From: the human T2T-CHM13v2.0 reference genome, Homo sapiens
Direction: 5' to 3' (one strand)
Length of the DNA: 64,000 bases
Assembly (NCBI RefSeq): GCF_009914755.1
Contig: NC_060927.1
Part shown: positions 1-13,850 of the stretch, one piece after another
How the letters are laid out: every line of letters starts with the position of its first letter
Numbering within the stretch: the first letter of the stretch is position 1
Translations under genes and position numbers: made by a program
The notes under the pieces: model-generated
Seen by the model: the letters and a program-made list of their open reading frames with translations, nothing else
Database searches by the model: none
Told to the model about the DNA's origin: nothing

Positions 1-444
1 ATCATGTTTCCAATGGATGGGTTATCCAATCCCTTTTCTCCTTCCTCTTGATCCTGCCCTTAGCCATTTAATTTCTTTCTGGCAAAGAAAGTGAAATATT
101 CAATTTTATGACTTGGCCCACTTTAAGAAAATATATTGGTTAATCATGATTCAGAATTATATATAATAAAATATTGATGAAAAGGGATTCTAAATTATAT
201 GCAATAAATGTTATTACAATATTTCATTCACTCTGACAGTGCTACTGAAAATGTGGTTCATAGATGCTTAGAACACCTATCAAAAGAATTTGAGAGGAAG
301 TGTTTAGAAGGATTGACAGCAATTTGCCTTTCTCAGAAATCCACATACATGATCAGTAAACTCTTATTGAACAGGATAGAACTACCCAAGAATCAGGGTA
401 AACATACAATCAGACATTAGTCTTTTACTACAGATAGCTTAATT

Positions 445-555
445 GCTGATATAAGATGCCCTTGATTTTTAAATGTGTCATCAATTTTTAGATACATCTC
501 AACATTAGAGATGTTAAAATGTGGAAAAATACTTATTTTAGAATTGTTGATATTA
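445..555 (-). mobile_element. MER104/Kanga-like TcMar-Tc2 DNA transposon remnant
   Basis: taagatgc...agagatgttaaaatgtggaaaaa...ttttagaattg resembles the reverse complement of the MER104 terminal region; the same motif recurs near 24.7 kb. Confidence 0.5.
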
Positions 556-2069
556 ATTTATTATTTTATTTACCATGAGAGAGTTCCTTTTTGCAGAGGG
601 AGTAAGGATATTCTGAGAGTGATTATTTTTTTTGTGGTAATTGCAAAAGTTATATGATATAGTAGAAAGTGAGTTGGCTCTGACTTCAGGCAGACTGCCA
701 TTTACTGGGTTTATGAGTTTGAACAAGGCTCACATTCCTTTATGGTGAAGAGGAATGAAAATATATCTCAGGGTTGTTTAGACTTTCTTATCTCAATTTG
801 ACTAATGGAATAGAATATTTGGAACATGTTTCATTTAATTTACAAAAACCAAATATGTGCAGATAAAAACACATATATACACATACACAGATAATTTTTG
901 ATGCCTTAATAGAATATAATAGTTTCAAAATTTACCTTATTATGTAGCTATGACATTTTAAATATTTATCATAGGAAAATTAGACTGTAATCATGTGAAT
1001 AGTATAAATCAAAAGTTTTAGAGGTCAAGAATTACCTCCTATGCTTTTATTATCTGACTCCCATGGTGAATAATAGCTCATTGAACAGATATTGGAAATA
1101 TATTAAATTTGAGTATTCTGTCAAATTAGTTTTTAAATTATCTGTTTAACCAATATATTTGATATACATCTTCTACAGAAATATTTCACAACTCAATATT
1201 TTAAATTATTTGCAATCATCATATAGTCGAGTTATTACTAATTTTTTAGTGAATTTGTATTATATTTAAAACTTTAAAATACTAATGATCAGCTAATGAA
1301 GATTATTTTTGGAGCATAAAATATTTTCTTTAAGAAAATAAAATTCTAACAAATAGTACTAGATAATCATGACCACCATGTTCAGTTAGCTTTTATTTTG
1401 AATAGTCATTTTGTCAACAGAATTATATGCTAACATTTGAGTTCATTAAGTGAGCTAGACCTTTATTTTATATTTTACTTATCTTATGCTTGATATCTAT
1501 TAATGTTTTGATATCTTGAAGTGCAATAGTAGAATATTAGCACTTTTTTCATCTAGGTTGTTAAGAAATTCAAACTTATATTTGGACATAAGCTAAATTG
1601 GTAAATTAACAGAAAATAAATTTATTATGTTTCCTTTATATTTGTTCAAATAGTTATATTAATTGACATATACGTTAGTGGCATATTATGGTGTACAGAG
1701 TATTTTACACATGTTTTAAATGCTGTTACTATTATAAAAATGTATTTTAGAACAATAAAATAAAGAAAATTATGATTTTTTAAACTCAGCAATTATTTTA
1801 CTGTCCAATGATTGCTACTGTTAACATTATGAGGTGTTTTCTGTCAGGATTTAAAAAATATATTTTAACTTAATCAGAAGTATTGTATCTTTTTAAAATA
1901 TTATGTCATAACATATTCAATTTAATGACAGTCTCTTAATAAACATAATTCGTAATATGAATGTTAATAACATTTAGAAGACCATTCACTTCTTATTGAA
2001 TATATTTAGGTTGGTTCCAATTTTTCCATACTATAACTAGTGTACTGATTACATCTGTACATATGCTTT

Positions 2070-2230
2070 ACGTGGTGTCTTTTGATCACCACAACAACTC
2101 TGTGTGGTAGGCAAGTACTGGTTTATACATTTTTCTTTTCCGTCACAGAACTGAGAGGCTAAGATTCCAACCCAATGTCACAAAATCAGGAAGTTCAGGT
2201 GCCAACTGAGAAATCCAGATATTTGATATT
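2070..2230 (-). mobile_element. MIR SINE fragment
   Basis: cacaacaactctgtgtggtagg...gaactgagaggctaag...aatgtcaca matches the antisense MIR core. Confidence 0.55.
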
Positions 2231-3394
2231 GTATTAATTGTTCTTTCTTTTAAAGTGCTCCCATCATTAAAAGGGTTTAAGACAGAGTTTGTGCCCATAG
2301 AATATGACAGGTGTAGCTGTTGCATCTGCATATTGGCGGTGGCAATGTCATGGAGTATGTAGCTTTTTTGATGAGATCTCAGAGTTGGTGGAGCATGTGA
2401 CATATTTGGGAATAAGATTGAATACAACATAAATTTAATCGATGTATGGGATAGAATATTTGAGAAAATAATGATGTTCTTCTGCAGCCAGCTAAAATGA
2501 AAGGGATTCTATGTAATCCAACTAGATCAGCTGAAATCAATTTTGGTAATTTAGAGGTAAACAGGTATTTGAGTAATGCTGACCTCAAATCTGATTAACC
2601 AAAAACATGCTTAGAGAATGTAGGACTAAATTATTTACATGTACAGATTAAATAATCAGTAACCCACAAATGCATTTCAAATTAAACTGCAAAGATGTAA
2701 CTTAAGACATATAGTTTTTAGAAAAACAAAACATATTTTACCCTTTAGTTAGGTTAACATTGTTATTTTTTCTTATATCCAGTAAAAGATGTGACAGTTT
2801 CTCACTGAGCCATTTCTCGTAGTAGTATGGACTTAATCCTATCTTCTTTTTAAGGGGCTGCTCTTTAATTGAATCATGGGAGTCTTTGTGTTTCACATGA
2901 GCAAAGTTGGCGCACATCACAGCCAGTGGACAAGTAGATAGGGCCATAAAGAGCTCACGCTTAGCCCTGAGCAAAATGATAACTGGCTCATCGAGACCTT
3001 CCCCTTCCCAAAATGCTGAGGGCAGCTGAGAAGACAGCCATAGAGAGGAATGATTTGCAGTATTTATAAGTGGGAAGTGCCGATGCGTTTCTGGTTCCTA
3101 CTCTGACTTCCAAACGGCGAGCTACCCCAGAATAATTCAAGTATACATCTTCTTCTGTCCATCCTGGCTTAGTCCCTGTTACTGGGAGAGCTGTCTTTGC
3201 TTTTTTTGCCTTTTAAAATAAGAATTCTGACTTGATTTTTTAATACCCAGAACTCTCCAAAATAATCATGCTGTTCTTCAAAGATTTTTCAAGACAGATT
3301 TCATGCTTGTTGCCTGGGCCCACAGATGCAGTGATTTGAAGTGATATACATTTTTCATTCTCTCATGAGGTACTAATACAATACATTTAAATTT

Positions 3395-3520
3395 TTCTGA
3401 GCCTCAATTTCCTCTCTGCAACTTGGAAGAATAAAACCTATCTGGAAGGTTTGTTTTGAGACATACATGTGATAATATGAATAAAGTATAGTGAATACTT
3501 AATAAATGGTTGATATTATT
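3395..3520 (+). mobile_element. MIR SINE fragment
   Basis: tctgagcctcaatttcctctctgcaacttggaagaataaaacctatc matches the MIR core. Confidence 0.6.
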
Positions 3521-3530
3521 ATTTACATAG

Positions 3531-3940
<410 letters not shown>

Positions 3941-5182
3941 AATACTTAACAGTTACTACGCTCAAATTCTTTATTATTATCTGAAATTTCTCTTGAGTTA
4001 TTTAGATAGAAGAGAAACTGGGAAGATGTATTTTGGGGGATGTTTACAGCGTCAGAAGAACTTTTCTGGAATTATTTAAGAGCAAATTGAGAATAATTCT
4101 ATAGTGGTCATTAATTTTTGGGGAGCACATGGTTGAATTTGGTTGTTGATACTTTGTGATGAAGATAATGTATCATGAATGGTTGACATTCACTGTTGTA
4201 ATAATAATTTAAGCTCATATAATGAATCAGTTCAAATCACTGAGCATATTTACAAACGCGTATACATAATTAACATTTAATTCCCCTGAATATCTTATTT
4301 CATTATCCACACAGTTTAGGAAAATATATTAAATAGACACTGGCAACCAGCAAGCTTATGCTCTATCAAACCATAAGAGACCATAAGACCTTTGAGTTTC
4401 TTCTGTTAGTGACCAGATGAGTTTGAGTTAACTTTTGAAGTAAGGATACAGCAAGTTGTACATGCTTTTATAATCATACTCACTAAACAAAGCTTTGAAA
4501 GAATGGGGTTGGAATTTGGACTTAATGGGTAAGAATTGAAAATGGGCTATTGTGTCTTAGAAACTTCAGTTTGCTGTAGTTCACGTTACTGAGCTCAAAC
4601 ATTTTCTAAGCCAACAAACTGGTAACTTTACAAGTTTCCTTCCTAACCGTGCTCACCACATTCATGCTGTGTTGAACTGCCATGCAAATTCAATAAGGTT
4701 TGATTTTCTTTCTTTGCTATTTCTTACTTGCTTTCTATGTTACTTTCTTCTCTTTTCTGAGAATTATTTTCTGAACCAAAAAGTAAATGTTTAGCATCAG
4801 GATCAATTGTCAAATAACAAACAAATATTCAAGTTCTAGGATAAAATGACATCTTGTGAGCAACCCTTAAATTCCCATTAAAATTTTCACTAGGATGGGG
4901 GTGGTGGTGGAACAACTCATAACATTAAATGCCAAGACATAAAATCAATCTATTCCCAGAATATTGGGAGCAATTAGTAATAATTGGTAAAGTGAAAAAA
5001 TAAGAAAATTAATTTGGATGGGACTCAGTGCAATTCACAAAATGTTGAAAAGATGTATATCTTGCTATTAGCTAGTAAAATTTTTGAATTGAAAAGACAA
5101 ATTACAATAGCTTTTTTGAAAAAAAAAAATGAGACTCCCAATTGAGATGACCAAAAGTTGAAATGTTAAAAATACAGAAATG

Positions 5183-5488
5183 GGCCAGGTGTGTTGGCTC
5201 ACACCTCCAGTTCCAACACTTGGGAGGCTGAGGTGGTAGGATTGCTTGAGTCTAGGAGTTTGAGACTAGCCTGGGCCACATGGTGAGACCCCCATCACTA
5301 CAAAATTTTTTTTTAAAATTAGCGGGGTATGGTGGTGGTGTGCCTGTGGTCCCAAGTACTCAGGAGGCGGAGGTGGGAGGACCACTTTAGCACAGGAGGT
5401 TGAGGATGCAATGAGCTGTGTTCAGGCCTCTGTACTCTAGCCTTGGTGACAGAGCAAGACTCTGTCTTAAAAAATATAAAAATAAAAA
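5183..5488 (+). mobile_element. AluJ-type SINE
   Basis: ggccaggtgtgttggctcacacc...ggattgcttgagtctaggag (J-type) followed by an A-rich tail; degenerate TSD aaaaatacagaaat/aaaaatgaggaaat. Confidence 0.92.
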
Positions 5489-7269
5489 TGAGGAAATCTT
5501 TATTAAAAGAGAAGTAGAAAAAGTAGAGTTAAATAAAGACAAATCTAATAAAAATTACTGTGTTAAATTTGATGATAAAATTCAGTGGAAGAGCTAATAT
5601 TCTTAAAATGCTGTGGACAATGGAAACACAATAATTTAGTTGAAAATTAATTAAACCCATAGATTATATTAACTAAAGATCAGAAAGTATAAGGTAGAGG
5701 ATACGGAGAGGTAAAATTTTTCTAGTTTCCTTATCTTTAATGATAGGGAATAAAAAATCTCCAATTTGGAGGGGGAGGTTATTGATAGTTTGGTATTTAT
5801 AGTTTAAAAATGTAAACATAACCACTATTGGAGTTATTCTTCACACCTTGCAAATTACTAGACCATATAAAATATAAACAGTTATAAATCAAAGGAAGCA
5901 TTATAAAACAGCATAAAACTGTATAATGGAAGACAAATATAATAATTCTGCCAATTAAAATGAATAAACTCCTCTGTTAGCACATAAGACTTTCACATTT
6001 CATTAAAAATTAAAGTCTCACTGTTTCCTTCATGCCCAAGAACAGAGAACTTTAAAAGAACAAATAGTCAGGGGAAATACCCAGAGAAACACAAACAGAA
6101 AAATAACATAAATGGTTATATGAATTTTATAAAAATGTATTTTCCAGAAAGATTTTGTTTTTTTTTTTATTTAAAGGAGCATTAAAATCTCAGTGAACTT
6201 ATAACAGAAATAAAAATGAGGCAGACATTGTTAGAATTAGAAGCAAAACTGATAAAAAATAAATGTCTTGGAAGAATTTGTTATCCTATTTAGTCAATAA
6301 AAGACTAAGTAAAATAAAATAACACAACTAGGAAAAATTAGCCTGGTTAAAATAGTAGACATAAAATTGAACTCTCAATCTTTCAAAAACCTCACCCTCT
6401 TTTAAATAATTGAGAAACACTGATTTACAAAATCCTTTTAAACTTGAAATCATACAGGGTGCATTCTTTAACGTAAATATTCATTGAACGAATGTTAAGG
6501 AAGGCAAATAGCCTAGAAATTAGTGACTTCTTTCAGAGAAAAAAAATCTCCAATACTAAAAATCCATATCCTAAGTGAGAAAATGGAAACTAGAATTATT
6601 GTATGTTAAGTGATGCAGCCAAAGCAGAACATAAGGGAAAACTCTTAGCTTTATGTCCTTTCATTATTAAACATTAAAATTAAAACATATTAATTAAAGA
6701 TTGAAGTCACAAATATAGAACAAATAAAACAATGCAAACAAATTAGGTAAAATAGCTGAAGGCAGAAATCAATAAATTAGAAAAAACAAAAAATTTAATA
6801 ACGTTCTTTAAAACAATGTTTAAAATTAAGAATAAAAGATAACTAATGTTAAATTAGAAAGGGTATACAGACTGTAAATGCAATGTTTTTAAAATTTTAA
6901 TATTTAAACTTCAAACTATTATATTTGAAAACATAAATGAAATTAAACATTTCTGAAATGAAAACATACAAATTTTCAAAACGTTCTCTAGTACAAATCA
7001 AAGATAGCTAGAACAACAATTCTAATGAATAGTACATAATAAAAGATTATTCCTTGCATAAAAGTTTCTGAAATAAAGTGATTTTACCTGAGTTCCTTCA
7101 GATTTTTAGAGAAGGAATGCTTCTCTGTACCCTTCCAGAGCATGAAAAATTGAGAATATTGCACATCCCATTTTAGGGAGCCAGTATTAACTTTGCTCAC
7201 TGAATATGATAAATTTATTACAAAAACACTATATGTCTGACAAAATAGAATAGATTTGGTGGCAGATAT

Positions 7270-7754
7270 ATTAATTTGATCTTTGAGCTATCTCTACCAC
7301 ATCCCCTTCTTTGCTTAGTGAATCCTCATTTTCTTTGTGCTGGCTGCAGTCTCCCCAGCTTAAGGTGATGAATCATGATTGGTCTAATTCTAAGAATGAC
7401 AATCTTGTTCCTCTTTTCTATCAGTTCATCTTCCAAACCCTCCTTAGAGCTTGGGTATGGCTGATTGACTCAATTCTGGCCAATTGCGCTTAAGGGGATC
7501 TCTACTGGGAAGCACTAGAGAAAACAGAATTGGTGTCCTAATACAAGGATCAGGTAGAAGACAAGGGCTTGTTGTCTGGAGTGGCTGCAGTCATTTCATA
7601 ACATGAGGTGGCAAGAGGGAAAGAAACAAAATTCTTTGTGGTTAAAAATGATGAAGGAGAAAGAAAAAAAGAGCTTAGATTACTGATGATTATGATTGGC
7701 CTGCTGAACCAGTCGTGATATCACCTGTGTTCTTTCTGTTAACTGAGATAACAC

Positions 7755-7793
<39 letters not shown>

Positions 7794-7855
7794 CATGCCA
7801 CTGTTACAGGTTTTTAAAATTAATTTGGTTTAACACTTGGAAGCACTCATCTGAT
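7270..7855 (+). mobile_element. Old ERVL/MaLR-type solo LTR (MLT1J/K-like or LTR16/33-like)
   Basis: gaatcatgattggtctaa, ggagtggctgcagtcattt and ctgctgaacca motifs; the element splits the L1M. Confidence 0.5.
7757..7791 (+). repeat. (CA)n microsatellite
   Basis: Direct inspection. Confidence 0.97.
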
Positions 7856-10348
7856 ACAAAAGCAAAAATCCAAAATAAAATATTGACAAATAAAAAAATA
7901 GCAGTTCACAGAATTATTTACCACACTTTAGTAAAGTTATATAAAGAAGCAAGGAGAGTCACACATTAGAAACTGTATTAACCTAACACCACATCATTAA
8001 GTCTGATGATGCTACAAAAATTTATATTCATTATTATTTTAGAATACAATTAAATTTGGAATAAATGTATTAAGTTTTAAAAATAAAATGCTGGTGACTT
8101 TATTAGATGTAGTTGAGATAAGTTGAGGATCCTCATTATTGTACACTATTTTAATTTAAACACTGTTCTGAAAGTTCTAGCTAATAACATATGTTCTGAA
8201 ATAAACTTACACATTTTGAAAAGGAAATTAACACTATTATTTGAAAAAAATATGATTACATGCCTGTACAGTCAAAGAAAATAACTGAATTAAGAGTGTT
8301 CATTAAAGTGGCCCTCAGTGAAATATTCTCCAATCTAATGGAATTAACAGAATATATATAGAGACCATAGAATATGGTGATGATAGCACTGACATACCTA
8401 AAATTGAGGAAATTTATCAGGATACAAAACTATGATCAACATCCATTTCTATCAGGGGAGACAGACATTTAGTTTCAGTTACTATGAAGGTCTGTTGTGC
8501 TTTGTTGTGAGGTTATTTTCTCATCTTTTATCAAGGCCTAGATGAAATATCCTTAAGAACATTTATCATCTTTCATTCTTATTTCATCTCTAACCAACAA
8601 CATTCTGATAAATTATTTAGCTTTTCAGATGACTAGAATCTTCTAGTACTTTTATTACTAATAAAAACATATTCCCATAAATACACCAATAAGTTAGCAT
8701 TCTTGTTAACTATAACAGAACAGGAAGGATATAAATTGTTCAATAAATGATAACTGTGAAAACTGGTTTATATAAAGAAAAATCTAATGATAGCATATTT
8801 GCATAATATATGTCAAAATGAATTCTACATGGATTAAACAGAAAAATTTAAATAAATAAAAAAACTTTAAAGAATCTAGGAAGAACATGTACATGAATGA
8901 ATATTTAACTTATATCCCAGGTTCAGGAAGAATTTTCAAATAGGGAAATCATTAGTATGCATGATGAAATCTTGCTTAGATTAGTAGGTAATAATTATTA
9001 AAAATGTATTTGAAATTTAAATGCCCCAATATAAGTAAGCCTGCTTATTTTGGGAGGGGTATCTTCTTTTTTTAGAAAGCTGAAAAACAATTTTAAAATT
9101 CCAATATGTTTTCTGCATTCCCTCCCCGTCTTGGGTGAGGGAAATCTAGAGGACTTTTAAGAGCTTTTACAAGTTCTAAGATTATTTGGAGGCTGTCTTT
9201 ATGTCCCCCGGTCATTCTCATTTTCCCCTTGGATTGAACACATTAAGACAAGCATCTACTCTTCCTGTCCCATGATTGCACCCTCATTTCACACAGGGAG
9301 AAGTCAGATAGCACTCAGTCTTTAAACTTCCTTGCCAGGACCTGCTTGGTGCCCAGAACAGGAGAGAAGGAAAGGTGGGCTGTCTACCTCTATCATCATA
9401 AGTTGAGGCAACTGGTGTTCTGTGAGCTTTTCTCCCAGCACCTGTCATACAGGACAGTTGAGGGCTCCTCTTCTATTGCATTCTTGCACTGCATGGGGCC
9501 TCATAGTGCTTGCTCACAATGAAAATGGAGAAAGAAACAACATGAAAATGGTGGTAGAAAACTTGCATATTGTGATATAATCAGTGGTCCTGCTTGAGTA
9601 AGCAGCTAGAAGACCCCAGGCACCCAGAGGCTCTTGGGAGACCCCCCTTCACCCTCATACAGGGTGAGAGAGAAAGGGTTCTGAATTTGACTGCAATTCT
9701 GCCTAAATGTAATGTCATTACAAAAGTCTTGGCTTCTGCATTCTGCTCTACCTCTCAAGGTAGCCTGTTAGGGGCCTGGAAATTTTCCATAAAATGGTTC
9801 AAATTCATCCTTAATTATCTACCATATAAAATGCAAATTCAAGTATAGGAAGGGTATTTCGAGGATATCAATATATAATGTATGAAAGTGCAGGGTGCAT
9901 AACAGTTGTGCGTATAAAGCTAAGGCTGAGAATATACAAGGCTGAGAATATACATAAAAGGAAAAGTAAAAAAGTAAAAGTAAAAAAGATTTTTTTAAAA
10001 GTAAAAAAGATACCCTAGAAATAATATTACAAGGTTAATGAATCAGTGAGTAGGTTTGCCACAAATAAAACAAGCAGAGGTTTGATTGTCTTAGTATACA
10101 AATAATTCTTATAAATCAGTAAAAGTAAAATTCATATGGGCCAATGGTATAAATAGATATTTTACAAATGAAATTTAAGGGCACTTAAGATATTTGGAAC
10201 CATTCAAATAAAAATGAAATTTTTCTTTGTATAGATTGAGCAAAACTATTTTTAAAAATAATTTTGGGAAGGATAGGGTAAAATGGTGAGAAGTCTCTTT
10301 AAAAAGCACATATATATGTGTCTTATATATATATGTTTACATATGATA

Positions 10349-11096
10349 AAATGCAAATCAAAACCACAATGAGATACCATCTCACACTAGTTAGAATGGT
10401 GATCATTAAAAACTCAGGAAACAACAGGTGCTGGAGAGGATGTGGAGAAATAGGAACACTTTTACACTGTTGGTGGGACTGTAAACTAGTTCAACCATTG
10501 TGGAAGTCAGTGTGGCGATTACTCAGGGATCTAGAACTAGAAATACCATTTGACCCAGCCATCCCATTACTGGGTATATATCCAAAGGATTATAAATCAT
10601 GCTGCTATAAAGACACATGCACATGTATGTTTATTGCGGCACTATTCACAATAGCAAAGACTTGGAACCAACCCAAATATCCAACAACAATAGACTGGAT
10701 TAAGAAAATATGGCACATATGCACCATGGAATACTATGCAGCCATAAAAAATGATGAATTCATGTCCTTTATAGGGACATGGATGAAACTGGAAACCATC
10801 ATTCTCAGCAAACTATCGCAAGGACAAAAAACCAAACACCATGTGTTCTCATTCATAGGTGGGAATTGAACAATGAGAACACATGGACACAGGAAGGGGA
10901 ACATCACACTCCGGGGACTGTTGTGGGGTGGGGGGACGGGGGAGGGATAGCATTAGGAGATATACCTAATGCTAAATGACGAGTTAATGGGTACAGCACA
11001 CCAACATGGCACATGTATACATATGTAACAAACCTGCAAATTGTGCACATGTACCCTAAAACTTAAAGTTCAATAATAATAAAACTAAAAAAAAAA
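10349..11096 (+). mobile_element. 5'-truncated L1PA (about L1PA4-5): ORF2 C-terminus, 3'UTR and poly(A)
   Basis: aaatgcaaatcaaaaccacaatgagataccatctcac...; G-rich 3'UTR gggagggatagcattaggagatatacctaatgctaaatgacgag; A tail. Confidence 0.97.
10351..10869 (+). pseudogene. L1 ORF2p C-terminal Cys-rich domain fragment, frame still open
   Basis: [12 protein letters not shown]...[18 protein letters not shown]...IGGN* is the LINE-1 ORF2p C-terminus; no EN or RT domain and no promoter. Confidence 0.93.
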
Positions 11097-11499
11097 GAAC
11101 ATCAAACAATAGAGAAGGTTAAACATTAAGATAAAATTCCTTTTCTTTCCTATCTCACTTGCAGAGACAACAATTGTTAACAGTAGTTTTAGTTTTGTTC
11201 TGGTGATGAATATTAAAATCTTAAAACCCTCATGTACTTTTGCTTGTCAACTTGAAGTAGTACTTTCAACTTATGAAAAATGAAAGGTTTAAAACACCCT
11301 AACTTCCTGCCAATCTTTGTAAGCTTTTATTTTTCTAATTATTCTAGATTTCTTGATTTATTACCTACATATATATATATATGATGTATATATGCATGTA
11401 CGTATATATATGCCTATGTGTAGGTGTATCTATATACATATAATATTTTTTATCAGAACTCAAAGGAAAGGAATTAATAGGCTTCATTACCTTTCCCCC

Positions 11500-13300
11500 T
11501 CTTTTTCATCCTCCATTTTATAAAATGTGATACATTATTATTGCATTTGTCAAATTCTGTAACTGTAGTTATTTTGTGCATTGCTAGTAGATTGATAGTA
11601 AAAACTGAAAACCAGCAAACATTATTAAAATATTATAATTCTGTACACATGTATCATGGTAAAGCATAGTGTAGTTGGACCCATAGAAAAGTTACATTCT
11701 TTGTCTACAAACTTTATTGCTGAAAGGATACTCTTCCAATCATCAAGTTGTCATTGATTCTCCCTCATTTATTTACCATTTTCTGTATTTATTTTTCCAT
11801 TGGCTGCCTGTATTTCTTGTACTCTATGTCATTATCATTATTGGAGTTTTTTTTTATTTTGATGGAAAATCTGGTCTAGTAATTTCTTTCACATGGAATG
11901 TTTGAGTGCTAAATTTTCTATTTGCTTGCATTTGCAAAAATGATTTTATTTTCCTCTTACCCTAGTTTGGCAGGGTATAAAATTATAAATTCAGTGTTTT
12001 TCTTTAAGATTTAAAAAATCTTGCTTTTTCATATTTTTGTGTATATATTGCTAGTGAGAAACTGAAGATAATGAGGAGTATGATGTTAGATGCACATATG
12101 GATCCTGTTGGTTTGTATGTAATTGGTTTATTTTCTCTAGATGCTTTTAATGTCCTTTCTTTATTTTGGAATTCTGAAATCTCATCAGGAAGTTTGTAAG
12201 CATATGTCTCTGGTTTTGTTTTTTAAATTTTATTTATCTTGCTCAGCCCTACTTGAACCATTCCCATTTAAAAGTATGTGTCTTTCTGTTTTGCTTTCTT
12301 TTATTGTTTCCATTATTTCTTTCTTCTCTCCATTTTGTTCCTACTGCATGGATGTTGGGCTTCCTGGATTTTTCATCTGTGACCTAAATTTATACTCTTT
12401 ATCTATGTTTTTGTTGCTTTTTATTCTGTGAGACTTTACTTCTGTTCTACAGACCATGTGCTTAGTTTTCAGTTGTTTTATTCTACCATTAAATCCACTG
12501 TTTATAAACTCTGAATCAAAACCTATCAATGGGTCATGAAATAAATTTAATTATTTAAATTATGATATTTAATTTAAAATTAAATGTCAGATTCTAATTT
12601 CAAAACTGTAAAGGGCACACCATATTGACAGGAGGCACCGCACAGTGGTGCTGATGGGCCAAAAGTGAGCTGTCCCATGACGCTCTCCATTGTCAAGTCA
12701 GGAGGACTTTACTTTGAGAGTGGAAAATCTTAGTAAATTTAATTTCTTAGTCCAGTGTTGTATCCTTTTTTGCCACATAATGTGGAGGTTTGACATTCTC
12801 TTAAGTGCTGTTAGGCTTCTTTCTCTCAGGCTTCAACACTCATACATGTAACTCTCCACTGGGAGATGACCCATTTTCTTAGGAGAAATGTTCTTTGGCC
12901 TTAATCTTGAGAGAAAAAAAAAAGTCACTAGCCTCCATCTGCAGGAGAGGAAAAGGGGATACCTTGTCCAGCCATTCTAAATAATAGTGCTTTAAGTAAT
13001 CTACTCATATGCTTATCTTGGCTCCATTCTGAACTTGTACTCACTCACTTTGAACTTGAAGCTTCTACAGAGCTCCCTTACTGTAGTTTTTTATGGCCTG
13101 TTTTATTCTATACCAAATTACTTCTGATTTCTATGTTTCAGAAATTCCTGAAATTCCATACTCCTCATATGAAGCATGTTGGCACCTTTTCTTCTACATT
13201 CAAAAATGTTATGGTTTCATTTTTTCAAAAATACTTTGTCTTTTTAATGGAAACTCTTGAGAAGGGAGGAAGACGTGTTTGTTTTGCGTCTTCAACTGGA
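11500..13300 (-). mobile_element. Degraded old L1M 5'/ORF1-proximal region, antisense
   Basis: T-rich strand; tagtttggcagggtataaaattat and gctagtgagaaactg motifs of antisense L1M. Confidence 0.45.
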
Positions 13301-13850
13301 TAAGCATAACCTTCCTTGAAATAAATTCGGCTTTATATGGAAAAAATCTGAAAATTCTTACCTTTTACCTAATGACTCCACTTCAGGAAAATCCTGAAGA
13401 GAAATAAGCCAACATGCAGAAACAGATTTAAGTTTATATTAAATTGTAAGAACAACACATACTACCTGAAAGACAAAATACAGTATAGAAGGATGGTTAA
13501 GTGAATTATGATTTATCCATCTGATAGCACAATGTTGTAAAAAGTCGTATGTCTGAGATTTGCTCAAGTTATATGGAAAATCTTCATAGTTAATGTCAAG
13601 TTAAAAACTGCATACAGAACTACATATATATAATAAGATCACAAATCTACAAGTAAAGATTTGTGTATGTTTATGGAAAAGAACAAGAATCAATTATGTC
13701 AAACTATTAGCTGTAGTTAAATCTGATTGGGGTCCTACTTATTGTAATTTCTTTTTGTCTTTTTAATAATTTTTTAAGTTTTATATAATGAACATGTTTT
13801 ATTTCACATTAATATATTATGTAAAATATTTTAAAGATAAATTTCATTTT
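13300..13850 (+). mobile_element. L1ME-type 3' end fragment, probably continuing the remnant at ~10.0-10.3 kb
   Basis: ccttttacctaatgactccacttcaggaaaatcctgaaga and ggatggttaagtgaattatg motifs. Confidence 0.5.

Larger units (their letters stand above)
5900..8950 (+). mobile_element. Highly degraded old L1M ORF2 region, interrupted by an LTR at ~7.27-7.86 kb
   Basis: A-rich strand bias; ggagccagtattaactttg (~7180) resumes at gcaaaaatccaaaataaaatattgacaaa (~7862), which are adjacent L1 ORF2 motifs. Confidence 0.6.

Noticed and set aside
9922-9954. Short tandem duplications (aaggctgagaatatac x2; also cagcgctccata x2 at ~59122 and agactcatga x2 at ~16627)
   Set aside because: Ordinary two-copy slippage events with no spacers; not CRISPR-like
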